A stretch of DNA of 64,000 bases from Coleofasciculus sp. B1-GNL1-01 (GTDB lineage Bacteria; Cyanobacteriota; Cyanobacteriia; Cyanobacteriales; Coleofasciculaceae). The stretch lies in assembly GCA_040220235.1 (NCBI GenBank), contig JAVJTO010000088.1, one strand, 5' to 3'. A program made the position numbers and the translations under genes. Below are positions 10,586-21,442 of the stretch, piece after piece (positions within the stretch are counted from its first letter, which is position 1; each line of letters opens with the position of its first letter). Under the pieces are notes generated by a model. It was not told the origin of the DNA, did no database searches, and saw only the letters and a program-made list of their open reading frames with translations.

Positions 10586-13330
10586 TTATGGCTGAATCCC
10601 TATTACTAGGCAAACGTTATCGACAGTTGCTTGAGGGGAATGCCAAGTCAGAAGCGATCGCCGAATTGCTTCTATTACCGTCTGATCCTTTACCGATGAG
10701 GCTTTCTCGTTAATCGTTAGCTGTTGTACAAGACGTTTGCTAATGTAGAACTCGAAGACGAGAAACCCGTTAACATTTGGGGATAACTGGATCGATTGTA
10801 GGCGTTGAGTCAAACGCGCGATCGCATCTTCGTTTAATCCAGATGCACTAACAATGTGTAGGCGATTCGGAGTAGACGGAGCTGTCGGAAGCGGAGCTTT
10901 TGCCGTCGATTTCATCTTTGGAGTTCTCGATGGCGCTGGCTCAGGGGTAGGACTCCATTCCTCATCGAGTTCCATCATATTGGGACTGATCAGGGTGATA
11001 TCAAACTCATCCAGCGGTCCTGAAGGAATCTGCTCAAACTCATAGGTCGCTTCTACTTCTACATCTCCAAAAATTCCCTGATAACTAATCCCTTCCGGCA
11101 TTTCCACGGGAACTTGTACAGAAACAGAATGATTATTGGGATTGACGCGCACTTCATCACTGACAGCAATAAAAGCAGTATATTGAGACAAGAGTTGATA
11201 AGTTAAAGCCGTATCCGTGATAGTCTCTACGCCAACCTTTGTCTCTCCCTTCACCATTTGATTCATCAAGTCTTTAATCCGGTTACGACCCCAAAGTTGG
11301 GCAATCGCAGGATTTCCCGTCTCCTCAAAGTTAAGCTCAAAACTCTGCTGATACTGCTGTCCTCCAGCAATCGTTCCTGTTACTTCTAGCCTTCCCGGTA
11401 TAGCATCTTTTTTGCATCCAAATAGAACTAATGGCTGTTCAGCAAATAAATCGGGTGGAGTCGCCGGATAAATGATGGGAGGTTCACCCTCGCCTTGCCA
11501 GTACAATTGAATATTGGTCAGCACTGGATTATTAATTTGCCCGAAGAACTGTTCAGCGACTTCTTCAGTCGGCTCATCGTAGCGGACAATCCGGGAAATT
11601 CCCCGTCCAATTTCAGCAATTCGATTTAGGATAAAACGATTAACCGAACTTCCTGCACCAAAACTGTGCAAGCGATTTCCTAATTTTAAATGGCGTTGGA
11701 CTTCTGCCAGAATTTGATTTTCGTTGCCAATATAGCCGTCGGTTAGCAGTACAATACTCCGTAATCGTCCCGGATCAACCTCTGGAAAATTTAGCACCGC
11801 CTGAATCCCCCGCATCAGTTGGGTTCCGCCACTGGCGTTTAACTGATTGATATACTTCATGGCGCTGTTGCGGTTTTTTTCTGTATTCGCCAAGGGAACG
11901 GGTGAAAGTTGGCGGGTGGTATCTGAGAAATCGATAATAGTGAACGTATCGTGGGGATTGAGTCCGTTGATAAAGCGGCGCATTAATTCTTGACATTTGG
12001 TTAAGGGTTCACCACTTTGAGAACCTGATGTGTCAATCAAAAACACTACATCTTTGGGAACCAACTGATCGGGGTTATACTCAATCGCTGGAATCAAATA
12101 AACCGCAAAATGTCCGCCACGAGTATCGGTTTGAGAGAGGACTGTGGTTTGCGTGCGATCGCCTGCGACTTGATAGCGTAAAATTAGGTCTTTATTGGGA
12201 ATTGTGTCTCGTTGAGATAGCGTGACTCCCATCCGCTGTTCTTGACGCTCAATTTGAATCTGGTGTGAGGGAGAATGCACGTCTTTAATCTCAACCCCAG
12301 CCTCAATATCTACGGTTACATTAATATCATGTCCCGAACGAGTTCCGGGAGGTAGAATTGGCGCATTTAAGCGGGACGCATCTGGCACTAAATCGGTATC
12401 TTTATTCAGTGTCATTGGTGCAGGTGCTGAACCCCCACCTACCGTATTTTCATCAATCGTGGTTCCGGGAATATAACGAGGTCCCACGACCATGGGAAAG
12501 ATAAACTCGTAACTTCCCCCAACAAATTTTAGACTATCGGTATAGCGAATTATCACATCAATTTGCTCACCGGGTTGGATGTTAGCTAGGGATTGAGTAA
12601 AAATGTTAGCCCGTTCCTGTTCTAGTAATCCGGCGGTGCGTCCTTGCTTTTTGGCTTGTTCGTAAATAGCTACCGCTTCTTGGCGTTTTTTGATGTTGCC
12701 TTTGATTGTGCGATCGCCGATGCGAATCTCCATATCATCGACAGCCGCTTCATCGGGTAAGGGGAAGATATAGGTAGCTTCTAGGGGAGTGGAAAAAGGA
12801 TTCTCAAAGGTTTGTGTTACTTCTACCCGTGAGACATTTCCCGTCACCTTGGCTTGTACATCAGTATGCTTCAGGGGAAAGACTAGCGGGTTTCCTGTTT
12901 CAGATTGAACGTATAAACCACCAAATTGGGGAGGTTTGGGTAGAACGGTTGATTTAGTCTTCTTGGTCTTATATTTCATTTTCCATTGACCTGATTTTTT
13001 AAGTAGGTAGTATTTCGCACTGACATTGGGACCAAAAACAACCTCATCTTCATCTTCAAGATCATGGACTTGACATTTTTTGCTATTAACTAATAGTCCA
13101 TTAGCACTTTGCTTACCTTGGACATTACCATCAACAACTTTATAAACACAACTGCCATCGTCTCTAATTTGTCGAATTAATGTGGCATGATGGCGAGATA
13201 TAAACATTGAGTGGATGCGGATATCGCATTGTGGATCTCTACCTAGGGAATAGACTGATTCTTCCAAAGTATATTCTTTGCGCCCCTTGTCGTCTTCAAT
13301 AATCAACAAATGGGTGGATGGATTTAGCAT
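10586..13330 (-). CDS. FHA + VIT + VWA domain protein (inter-alpha-trypsin inhibitor-like)
   Basis: FHA LGRD..SRHHA..NG; VIT PLKHTDV..FPLPDEAAV; VWA DTSGS MIDAS; ATG (MLNPS) at 13330 preferred. Confidence 0.88.
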   Translation of the reverse strand: MLNPSTHLLIIEDDKGRKEYTLEESVYSLGRDPQCDIRIHSMFISRHHATLIRQIRDDGSCVYKVVDGNVQGKQSANGLLVNSKKCQVHDLEDEDEVVFGPNVSAKYYLLKKSGQWKMKYKTKKTKSTVLPKPPQFGGLYVQSETGNPLVFPLKHTDVQAKVTGNVSRVEVTQTFENPFSTPLEATYIFPLPDEAAVDDMEIRIGDRTIKGNIKKRQEAVAIYEQAKKQGRTAGLLEQERANIFTQSLANIQPGEQIDVIIRYTDSLKFVGGSYEFIFPMVVGPRYIPGTTIDENTVGGGSAPAPMTLNKDTDLVPDASRLNAPILPPGTRSGHDINVTVDIEAGVEIKDVHSPSHQIQIERQEQRMGVTLSQRDTIPNKDLILRYQVAGDRTQTTVLSQTDTRGGHFAVYLIPAIEYNPDQLVPKDVVFLIDTSGSQSGEPLTKCQELMRRFINGLNPHDTFTIIDFSDTTRQLSPVPLANTEKNRNSAMKYINQLNASGGTQLMRGIQAVLNFPEVDPGRLRSIVLLTDGYIGNENQILAEVQRHLKLGNRLHSFGAGSSVNRFILNRIAEIGRGISRIVRYDEPTEEVAEQFFGQINNPVLTNIQLYWQGEGEPPIIYPATPPDLFAEQPLVLFGCKKDAIPGRLEVTGTIAGGQQYQQSFELNFEETGNPAIAQLWGRNRIKDLMNQMVKGETKVGVETITDTALTYQLLSQYTAFIAVSDEVRVNPNNHSVSVQVPVEMPEGISYQGIFGDVEVEATYEFEQIPSGPLDEFDITLISPNMMELDEEWSPTPEPAPSRTPKMKSTAKAPLPTAPSTPNRLHIVSASGLNEDAIARLTQRLQSIQLSPNVNGFLVFEFYISKRLVQQLTINEKASSVKDQTVIEAIRRSLLTWHSPQATVDNVCLVIGIQP

Positions 13331-13363
13331 GATGGTTCTCCTTTTTTCAGTAAGCCCCGACAC

Positions 13364-13482
13364 CCGCCAAGACCTCAAGTTCTTGGCTAAAAGCTTAAGT
13401 CCATTAAAATGGACTATAATTTTTATCTAGTCAACTCGATTCTGACTTGAGCTTGGGTGCCTTGGGTTTCAATTCAAGGCGG
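13364..13482. repeat. Multi-hairpin dispersed repeat (GCCAAGAnCTCAAGTTCTTGGC / AGTCCATTAAAATGGACT)
   Basis: Copies at 25580-25701, 15078-15131 (partial) and ~18507-18558 (inverted). Confidence 0.75.
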
Positions 13483-13732
13483 TTTAACACTTTTGTCTGT
13501 CTATCCTCAGCATAAGGGCGGTTTTGAGGGGAAACTGTTCAGTCTTTGACTCACCCTTTGACTCAGTAATTGACTCAGTAGAGGTTGTGGTATCCTGTGC
13601 CTCCCCCATGGGACTGATTAGGCGTTACACTTGCTGTTGAGCTTGTTCATCAATGGCTACAGCATCTGAGTATGAAGGACACGCTCCAGTCAGCCGTTTT
13701 GGACTGGAGTTTAGACCCAATCTGAAACTACA

Positions 13733-13860
13733 TATAGCGCTACGCGCCAGGGAATAGGCAATAGGCAATAGGCAATAGTGAAGACAAAAGCTTACCTTAC
13801 AAGGGATTGAGCGATTTGAATTTTTCTTCATTTGTCCTAACCTTATTGCGTAGTGCTATA
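13733..13860. mobile_element. MITE family A
   Basis: TATAGCGCTACGC...GCGTAGTGCTATA; inverted homolog of 50877-51029. Confidence 0.8.
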
Positions 13861-14141
13861 TAGGGGGTGAGTAACGCTTACCTTCCCAGTTTAATTTTAA
13901 TTATTATTCTCATACACAGACGACCAGGAATTCAAATACATGGCTTAGTTTTCAGGGTATGTGGCGCAACGAAGGGAGGTAAGTTTTGAGTGAGAGATTG
14001 GGAGATTTGTAGATTGTGTAGGGGCGGGTTTCACTACTATCTTTTAGGTGTCACCAGAATGTGACTAAACCCGCCCCGACTCAGGTTTATAGACTTCCCG
14101 TGAAAAGTTAGAAATACATGAAGGCGTTAATTCTCTATGCA

Positions 14142-14710
14142 AAGGATGAAAAGATGATTCAATTCTTGGGGAAAATATTTAGTTGTCTGTGTCAATCTGT
14201 GTCCCCCACTATTCAGGGTTCTGTCTGCGTCATCCCTTCTGTGTCCTCTGTGTCTTTGTCAATACTTAGTCATAATTCTTCTTGTAACTTTAACAAAATA
14301 CATGCGTCCAAGGGGATATTGGGCGTGAGGCAAGAATCATGTATTATACAAAGTTTTTACGAAGATTCAAGGGGTTTATCTGTGCCTAGATTATTTTTGC
14401 CTACAAAAAACCCACCATAGATAGTATACCTGAAAACCGCACAGTCCCCTCACAATCGCTGTAACCCCTGAAATTTCGTAGCTTTTTCCCAAAAAGAGGT
14501 AAAAAACGAGCAATTATGACGTTTTGTTGAGACGAGACTTTGATTTAAAAATTTAAACTGTTCTGAGGGAAAGAATGGTTTAAATTATCAAAACTTGACA
14601 ATTTGAGCCGAAATGACATCGAGTCAAGGGAAGCATAACAGTAGCGAAGCAGAAAGAAAAAGCCAAGGGGTATTTAGTGGATAGTGGTTATCAAAAGAAG
14701 TGCGATCGCC
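14142..14710. repeat. ~570-bp dispersed non-coding element, copy A
   Basis: Colinear with 50363-51100, sharing blocks such as CTGTGTCAATCTGTG, TACAAAAAACCCACCATA, AAAAACGAGCAATTAT, TTATCAAAACTTGACAA. Confidence 0.85.
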
Positions 14711-14754
14711 AATACGAATCTCCAGGCTTTGGGGTTTTATATCAAGTATGGCTT

Positions 14755-15070
14755 TGGAACGATCGTGGTCTATAAATTTCCGCAGTTGAGTCGGCAGGAG
14801 ATTGCAGCAATGTTTGGATTGAGTGAGTTGAAGCAGACACGAGTCTATCAGGAAGCGTTGGAGGAAGGAAGGCAACGAGAGGGAGTAGCGCTGGTTCTCC
14901 GTTTGCTCAATCGTCGAGTTGGGGTAATAAGTCCAGAACTCCAAGCTCAAATTGAAGCGCTATCGCTGGAGCAAGTGGAGGCATTGGCAGAGGCGTTGTT
15001 GGATTTTTCTGGAGTGGAAGATTTGGTGAGTTGGTTGGATAGGCAGGGTGAGCATCCTTCAATGGTTTGA
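14755..15070 (+). pseudogene. C-terminal fragment of Rpn/DUF2887-DUF4351 family protein
   Basis: TIVVYKFPQLSRQEIAAMFGLSELKQTRVYQE..LEQVEALAEALLDF; N-terminal nuclease domain missing. Confidence 0.75.
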
Positions 15071-15371
15071 TAAAATTCCGCCCGGAGTTTAAACTCCGGG
15101 CTAATAGCTTAAGTCCACTTCAGTGGACTGGAAATTTTACCGAGTTCTATGCAAGAGGAGTTTTGCTACTTGCTGAGTCATTGGAGTAATCTCCTGTACG
15201 TTTTTGCTTGTCTATCCTTAGCGTAAGAGGGGTTTTGGGGGGAAAGTGTTCAGTCTTTGACTCAGTAGAGGTTTTCGTATTGTACCCTTACCCGATGTGT
15301 CACAAGGCGGATTTGCTAGAATATAGGTTCTTGACTCTCATCTAACTCTAGAAACCCACATATTTGAACGA

Positions 15372-17168
15372 GTGATTAGCGAATCTCAAGCAGAATATTT
15401 ACTGTCTCAGTGTGAGAGGTGGCTCGGCGCAAAATTACATAAACTTCGATGGCGTCTTAGAAGTGAACATGAACAGACGAAATCTCACTTATGGGAACTC
15501 ATCGTGCTACAGGCAACAGCTTCTGCGGTTATTTCAAGGCATCATAGTCGAGATGTAGCAAACTCAGAAGTTTCATCTCTAATTCAGCCTGAGGGAGAGC
15601 AAGAAGCAGTTCCTGATATTTTCTTGCAACCTGATGACGGCGCTCCTTTTTGGGTAGAAGTTGCATATATTACCCCTCGTAACCCGCAACAAGAAACTGA
15701 TATTATACATTTTCCCTCTTGGGTGAGAGAAGAATTATCCAAAAGAAAGGTGGCTGATTCACAACACCTAAGAATCAGACTTAAGCCAGCCGATACTAGC
15801 AAAGATGTACAAGTACCGCCAAAAAATTCCTGGGGACAGTTACTTAAGACAGATAAATGGAAAACCTTTGTAGCTGAGCTGTAATCGGGTAACTTAAAGT
15901 CAAATCTATTTCTTGAAGAAACTGAAAATGCAAATGTAATTGTGCTAATTGAAGGGGTAGAACAAGGGAGTTTTGTCTCTTCATCCTTTCCAACCTTAAA
16001 TGTACCAAGATGTGCTGAAGACCACCCAATTTATAAAAAAATTGAGGAAAAGGCAAAGCAAGCCAAGAAATGTGAAAAATCCGGCAAAAAGTATAAACCG
16101 CTCGTTCTTTTTCTAGGTGCTTCTGAATGCCTACATCAAATCAATGATCATGGTACACCCTCATCTATTAGTCTTGAGCAAGCTGTATACTCTGCTCTAG
16201 CAGATACGGAACAGTGGGATTTAACAACAACTTTGAATGCGATAGGAACTGCACCTTGGCCTGGGACAAAAGGACGTAGACAAAGAGTTAAAAGTTCCAG
16301 GTTGATTTCGGCTGTGGTAATCGTCACGATTAAAAATGAATATTCTGGCTTAAGGTGGAGAAAACGAGCCAGTAGACCTATCGTGATCAAGAACCCTCAT
16401 CCTGATGTAGAGTTAACGGCACAGCAGGAACAACTTCTTCATCAAATAAATCTTAATCAGGTTGAATATGGATCTGGTTGTGAAAGCTGGGAGGCACAAC
16501 AATCACAGAGAATTCCTGTAGCATTACAAAGATACAAGGAACGAGAAGGTCGTTTTGTTTTTAGCCCTGGATCAGATTTTTCTTTTAACATAGAGATTCG
16601 ATGCAATCTTGTAGCTCTGTTCCTAGCCGGAGATATTACTGATTGTGAGGTTTGGGATAATAAAAATTCAGGCAGTGATGATTATCCAACTCTCAAAAAG
16701 CGAATAGGTGATGATCTGCGGCTTGCGGCAGAACTAAACCTAAAAATAGTCAATGTTAACTTTGTAAAAGTAGATCCTAAATTGAGAGAGCAATCACGCA
16801 TCAGGTTAGAGTTTGGTGCATTCACTGCTTCTACAGAGCCTATTAATGATTCTCCTAAAGCCTACATAGAAACTGATGCTAGCGGTGCTTTTACACTCAA
16901 GCTTCCCCAGAACCTTATAACGCGCCTGTTAGCCGGAAAAATTACGGCTGATGAAGTGTGGAATATTGAGAATAATAAACAAATCGGTGATTTATTAAAA
17001 AATGCAGTGAGTAGAGGTCAAGATATTATAGATGCAAAGCTCGTTCAGGTTAGTTCTGACCCTGAAAGTGAACCTGCACTCAGCTTAAACTTCAGCGCTC
17101 CTACCGACACGACAATACGTGAGGACAAAAAAATAATTCGTGAAGAAAAAAAGCGAAGAAAAAATTAA
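15372..17168 (+). pseudogene. ~598-codon PD-(D/E)xK-like protein interrupted by one in-frame TAA
   Basis: ORFs 15372-15884 and 15942-17168 share a frame that is open except TAA at 15882-15884; VPDIFL...WVEVAYI motif. Confidence 0.65.
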
Positions 17169-17303
17169 ATATCAGAAAACTAGACAACAAGGAATAGATA
17201 AATTAAACAGGAGGAGAACGAATTAAAACAGATGAAACCACCTTAACCGCCTGAATAACCCAAAAAATTGAAGCCTTGGGAGTTGAATTGTCGGATTAAA
17301 TCT

Positions 17304-17567
17304 ATGTTAAAAGAACTCCGGTTCAGTGACCATGCTCTGTTTAAACTTGACTTGTTAAGTCAACGAGGAATTGTGATTCATCAGGACTTTGTTATTGACA
17401 CCATCCAGGCTCCGGATAGACGAGAATTAGGAGAATGAGAAAAAATCACAGCACAAAAAAAGTTAGACGATAACTTAGTGTTACGAGTTGTTTATCGAGA
17501 CTATGAGGCATTCATTTTAGTGATTACATTGTATCCAGGTAGAAGGAGTCGCTATGAAAAAAATTAG
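17304..17567 (+). pseudogene. DUF4258 family toxin with in-frame TGA
   Basis: MLKELRFSDHAL...ELGE*EKITAQK..LRVVY..LVITLYP; TGA at 17436-17438; overlaps DUF2283 gene start. Confidence 0.75.
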
Positions 17568-17751
17568 ATACAGCAAAGATGTAGATGCACTTTTGATTGA
17601 GCTTTCAGAGGATGCGATCGCCTATGCAGAAGATGAAGGACGGATAATCCTTCACTACTCACTTAATGACCAGCTCGTGCTGATTGAGATTTTAGATTTC
17701 AAGCAGTCTATGTCTGAAGAGATGATTGCTGAACTTGTTTCAACATCTTGA
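17554..17751 (+). CDS. DUF2283 family antitoxin
   Basis: IRYSKDVDALLIELS...LVLIEILD. Confidence 0.85.
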   Translation: MKKIRYSKDVDALLIELSEDAIAYAEDEGRIILHYSLNDQLVLIEILDFKQSMSEEMIAELVSTS

Positions 17752-18174
17752 TTTTTATCAATTGCGATCGCAGTACCATCGGTACTATGGTGGGCAAGGT
17801 TTAAAGGGCATTTAACTCTTACCAACAAGCAATGGTGAAACCTTGCCAACCCTAAGATGTAATTTTAGCTACCTTACCATTCTCCAAGTAATGTCAGGAT
17901 TTTAGTCGGTGTTTGTACCATTGAGTTACCTTTACAAGCAGACTGCTATTGTATCAAGCCCATAACGATTAAGGGCGGGTTTTGTTGAACAGTTATCGGC
18001 GGAGTAAGCGCATTTTAGTCCCTAAACCCGCCCCTACAATTGATAGACGTGCCAGGATATGTCTCTACATGACTTACTCTGTCTTCCCCACTACTAGCTG
18101 CTATTACTGAATCGACGCTCTAGAGTCCCCTAGCTAAACTAGAATAAGTTGAGAATTGTGGGCAGGAGAGCAAG

Positions 18175-18402
18175 ATGGATATGCCTATTTTGGATAAGCT
18201 TATTGAACAACTAAAAATTATGCCTCAAGACTTGCAGTGGCGAGTGCTGGAATTTGCACGCGCTTTAGCCAGTTCAAGAATTCAAGGTGTCCCTGGGCGA
18301 CAATTACTACGTTTTGCAGGTTCAATCCCACCCGATGATGTTAAGTTAATGCGCCAAGCAATAGAACAAGGCTGTGAACAAGTTGAACTCAATGAGTGGT
18401 AG
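18175..18402 (+). CDS. Antitoxin-like small protein (DUF2281/VapB-like)
   Basis: GVPGRQLLRFAGSIPPDD..IEQGCEQVELNEW; overlapping MSGR*LL vapC-like start. Confidence 0.65.
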   Translation: MDMPILDKLIEQLKIMPQDLQWRVLEFARALASSRIQGVPGRQLLRFAGSIPPDDVKLMRQAIEQGCEQVELNEW

Positions 18403-18552
18403 ATAGTTATTAGAAAGCAGGGGAATATAAAACATAAGTAAATCGGCATGTTTTACCGGATTAACCCATAACTAAAGTCCATAATTAATAGACAGTATAT
18501 GGATTTTAGTCCATTTTAATGGACTTGAACTATAAGCCAAGAACTTGAGTTC

Positions 18553-20106
18553 TTGGCAGATACTATCCTCATCGATCATGCTACTATGACCAACTCCCTC
18601 TCCGCATCCACAGAAGGATTAACCATTGTAGACCGAGCCAGGAAACGTCGGGGCTGGACGAAAACTAGCACCGCCTGTTGGTGGGAAGATGCACATACCT
18701 CTAGAGCTACCCTACGCCGCTTTTGGCGCGGGGAACGGATTCAACAGGATGCTTTTATTTCTATCTGTAAAGCTGTGGGGATCAGCGATTGGCAGGCGAT
18801 CGCACAATTCCCGGAACCCCTAAACCCTAATGTACCGAAACTCCCGTCTCCTCTGATTGATTGGGATGAAGCGCCGGATCTGGATCATTTCTATGGACGA
18901 ACTCAATCGTTAAATCAGTTAGAGGAATGGATTACTACAGATAATTGTAAACTCGTGGCAATCGTAGGCATGGGTGGGATTGGCAAAACCGCCCTCACCG
19001 TTGCTTTATGCGATCGCATCCAGTCGGAGTTTGATTGTCTCTTATGGCGATCGCTAACTTACCAACCCTCCTTGCTAACGCTACTCGACAGTATCCTGAA
19101 TACCTTTGAACCAACCATTGTTCAAGATATTCAGTCAGGAATCAGACAACTCAGACATCATCTACAACAACGTCGCTGTCTACTGGTTCTTGATGGATTT
19201 GATTCGGTGTTGCACCAGAAAGACAATATTGAGGACTACAGTAAATTGTGGCAAACCTTAAGCCGCAACCGCCATCAGAGTTGTATTCTAATCACCAGTC
19301 GCGAACAACTCCCCGGATTTGATGCGATCGCAGCTAACTCGAAAGGGGTTCGCTGTTTAAGGTTGCAAGGCTTAGAACAGGCTGATGCAATGGCATTACT
19401 GCAAACTGGCGGATTCACGGGTCAAGAACAGGGATTATCGGCTCTGTGCCAACTGTACCGGGGTAATCCATTGGCATTGAAAACCATAATACCGCTGATT
19501 CAGTCGATTTTTGCTGGGAATGTAAACGCATTTCGCCACCAGAATACTATCGTTGTAGGCGATCGCCTGGAAGCGTTACTCACCCAGCAATTCGACAGAT
19601 TGTCTGAATCTGAACGATCCATTGCCTACTGGCTAGCAATTTGGCAGGAACCCATCGCATTATGCCGATTACAAAGCCATTTGCTCTATGCTTCTGATCC
19701 GAGTGTCATTTTAACCGGGATTGCCGCTTTGGAGACGCGATCGCTCCTAGAAAAACGATTCAGTGCTGATACACCCTCGTTTACCCTGCAACCCATGGTG
19801 ATGAAAGTGGTAACGGATCGATTAATAGAACAAGCCGTTAGGGAAATTAATCAGGTTATCCAAAGCGATGATATCAGCCATCTGCACGTCTTGAGAACCC
19901 ACTGGCTAATGCGCCCCGGTACTGATGATATTGCAGGCGATCGCATTCTCTGTCAACTCCAGGAACAATTGTTTCGAGTGTATAGCAATTCTCTGTCTCA
20001 AACCCTGTTGCAACTTCTCTTTCGGCTACAGGATCACTCTCCTCAAATCGTGGGCTATGCCCGATGCAATCTCACAGCACTTGTGAAAAAATTAGATCTG
20101 GCGTGA
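18553..20106 (+). CDS. HTH + NB-ARC (STAND) ATPase without WD40 tail
   Basis: DWDEAPD..FYGR, Walker A GMGGIGKT, LLVLD, LITSRE, GNPLAL; true start may be ATG near 18586. Confidence 0.85.
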   Translation: MADTILIDHATMTNSLSASTEGLTIVDRARKRRGWTKTSTACWWEDAHTSRATLRRFWRGERIQQDAFISICKAVGISDWQAIAQFPEPLNPNVPKLPSPLIDWDEAPDLDHFYGRTQSLNQLEEWITTDNCKLVAIVGMGGIGKTALTVALCDRIQSEFDCLLWRSLTYQPSLLTLLDSILNTFEPTIVQDIQSGIRQLRHHLQQRRCLLVLDGFDSVLHQKDNIEDYSKLWQTLSRNRHQSCILITSREQLPGFDAIAANSKGVRCLRLQGLEQADAMALLQTGGFTGQEQGLSALCQLYRGNPLALKTIIPLIQSIFAGNVNAFRHQNTIVVGDRLEALLTQQFDRLSESERSIAYWLAIWQEPIALCRLQSHLLYASDPSVILTGIAALETRSLLEKRFSADTPSFTLQPMVMKVVTDRLIEQAVREINQVIQSDDISHLHVLRTHWLMRPGTDDIAGDRILCQLQEQLFRVYSNSLSQTLLQLLFRLQDHSPQIVGYARCNLTALVKKLDLA

Positions 20107-20288
20107 ATTCCCAAAGCGGATTGGGTATAAGACCAATAAGCGGTACATTAAGCAGTTTACGTTTGATTTTTATTTAGCAAATTCCCCCGAAATACATAGA
20201 AGAATAACGGGGGTTTTATTTACAGTTTTTCCAGGTTTAATTGGGTAAACTTTTCCTTTTTTTTGGTGTAGTTTTCCGGACTTTGCTT

Positions 20289-21284
20289 TTAAGTGCGGGA
20301 GGGGGTATACAACTGTGCTACATATTCTCCATACCCGTTATAGGGAAGTGTTTCCCGTCTTTCCCAGGAAAAATCGGGTCCCTTGCCAATAAACTTTTCC
20401 GTTGCTTGAGACCAACGCGGGTGCGGCACATCCGGATTGACATTTGCCTCAAACTTGTACTCGTAAGGAATTAACGTATTCCAAAATGTCGCGGGTTGAG
20501 TCTCCACAAATTCAATCTTGACAATAGACTTAGCCCCCTTAAACCCATATTTCCATGGCACAACCTCTCGAATTGGTGCCCCATGCTGTTTCGGCAGAAA
20601 ATGACCGTAAATCCCCACGGCAAAAAATGCCAAATCATTCGCCATTTCCTCTACCGTTAATCCTTCGGTATAGGGCCACGGTAGTTTACCACTGAATGAC
20701 CACGCCGGACCGATTCTAATTTGAGGATCATCGAAAGACGTAAACCGGACAAATTTGGCTTTAGACGTGGGTTCCACCTCTTCCATTAATAATCGCATCG
20801 GAAATCCTAGCCATGGCAATACCATCGACCAGGCTTCGACACAACGGAAGCGATAGATGCGTTCTTCTAGGGGGAATTTTTTGCGTAAATCGTCTAAATC
20901 GTAGGTGCGGGGATTTTTCACCAATCCGGTGACTTCAACCGTCCACTCATCGGTGGGTAAGGCTTGGGCGGCTTGCCATATCGATTTGCCACTGCCAAAT
21001 TCATAGAAGTTATTATATTGTCCCGCTAGTAACTGATTGGTGATAGGGCGGTCAACATTCGCAAATGCGGGATTGGTGCTAAGGGGTTTGACCGTTGGTT
21101 GATTGAGGGTAGCGGCTAGTTCCTTATTGGTTTCCGAGTCAGAGGAGGCTTGACATCCCAGGATGGGGAGAATACTCGCACCGACTAGGGTTTTGAGAAA
21201 GCGACGCCGATTGAAGTAAACGGCTTCAGGCGTGATTTGGTTTTCGGGGATTTCCCAGGATTTGGGAACGCGGATAAGGGTCAT
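20289..21284 (-). CDS. msrP: Protein-methionine-sulfoxide reductase catalytic subunit MsrP
   Basis: Tat motif NRRRFLK; YNNFYEF; RFRCVEAWSMV; PWKYGFK. Confidence 0.93.
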   Translation of the reverse strand: MTLIRVPKSWEIPENQITPEAVYFNRRRFLKTLVGASILPILGCQASSDSETNKELAATLNQPTVKPLSTNPAFANVDRPITNQLLAGQYNNFYEFGSGKSIWQAAQALPTDEWTVEVTGLVKNPRTYDLDDLRKKFPLEERIYRFRCVEAWSMVLPWLGFPMRLLMEEVEPTSKAKFVRFTSFDDPQIRIGPAWSFSGKLPWPYTEGLTVEEMANDLAFFAVGIYGHFLPKQHGAPIREVVPWKYGFKGAKSIVKIEFVETQPATFWNTLIPYEYKFEANVNPDVPHPRWSQATEKFIGKGPDFSWERRETLPYNGYGEYVAQLYTPSRT

Positions 21285-21380
21285 TGGGAAACAAGGTTGA
21301 CGGCTGATGCGGCGGCGTGACTTGAAAGAACGCCTGTATACAAATCTTAACCTGTTTCCAGTCAAACGCTAAATAAGTGT

Positions 21381-21442
21381 TGGGGGAGATGGGGGAGATG
21401 GGGAAGATGGGGGAGATGGGGAAGATGGGGGAGATGGGGGAG
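21381..21442 (+). repeat. 9-nt tandem repeat GGGGRAGAT
   Basis: About seven copies. Confidence 0.85.

Noticed and set aside
10501..10713. GSWGSR-repeat ORF (likewise PISPIF ORF 21226-21516)
   Set aside because: Translations of 9-nt intergenic STRRs
14118..14420. Paralogous small proteins (14118-14420 and 50407-50619)
   Set aside because: Substitutions between the copies fall at all codon positions and are mostly non-synonymous; starts and ends differ
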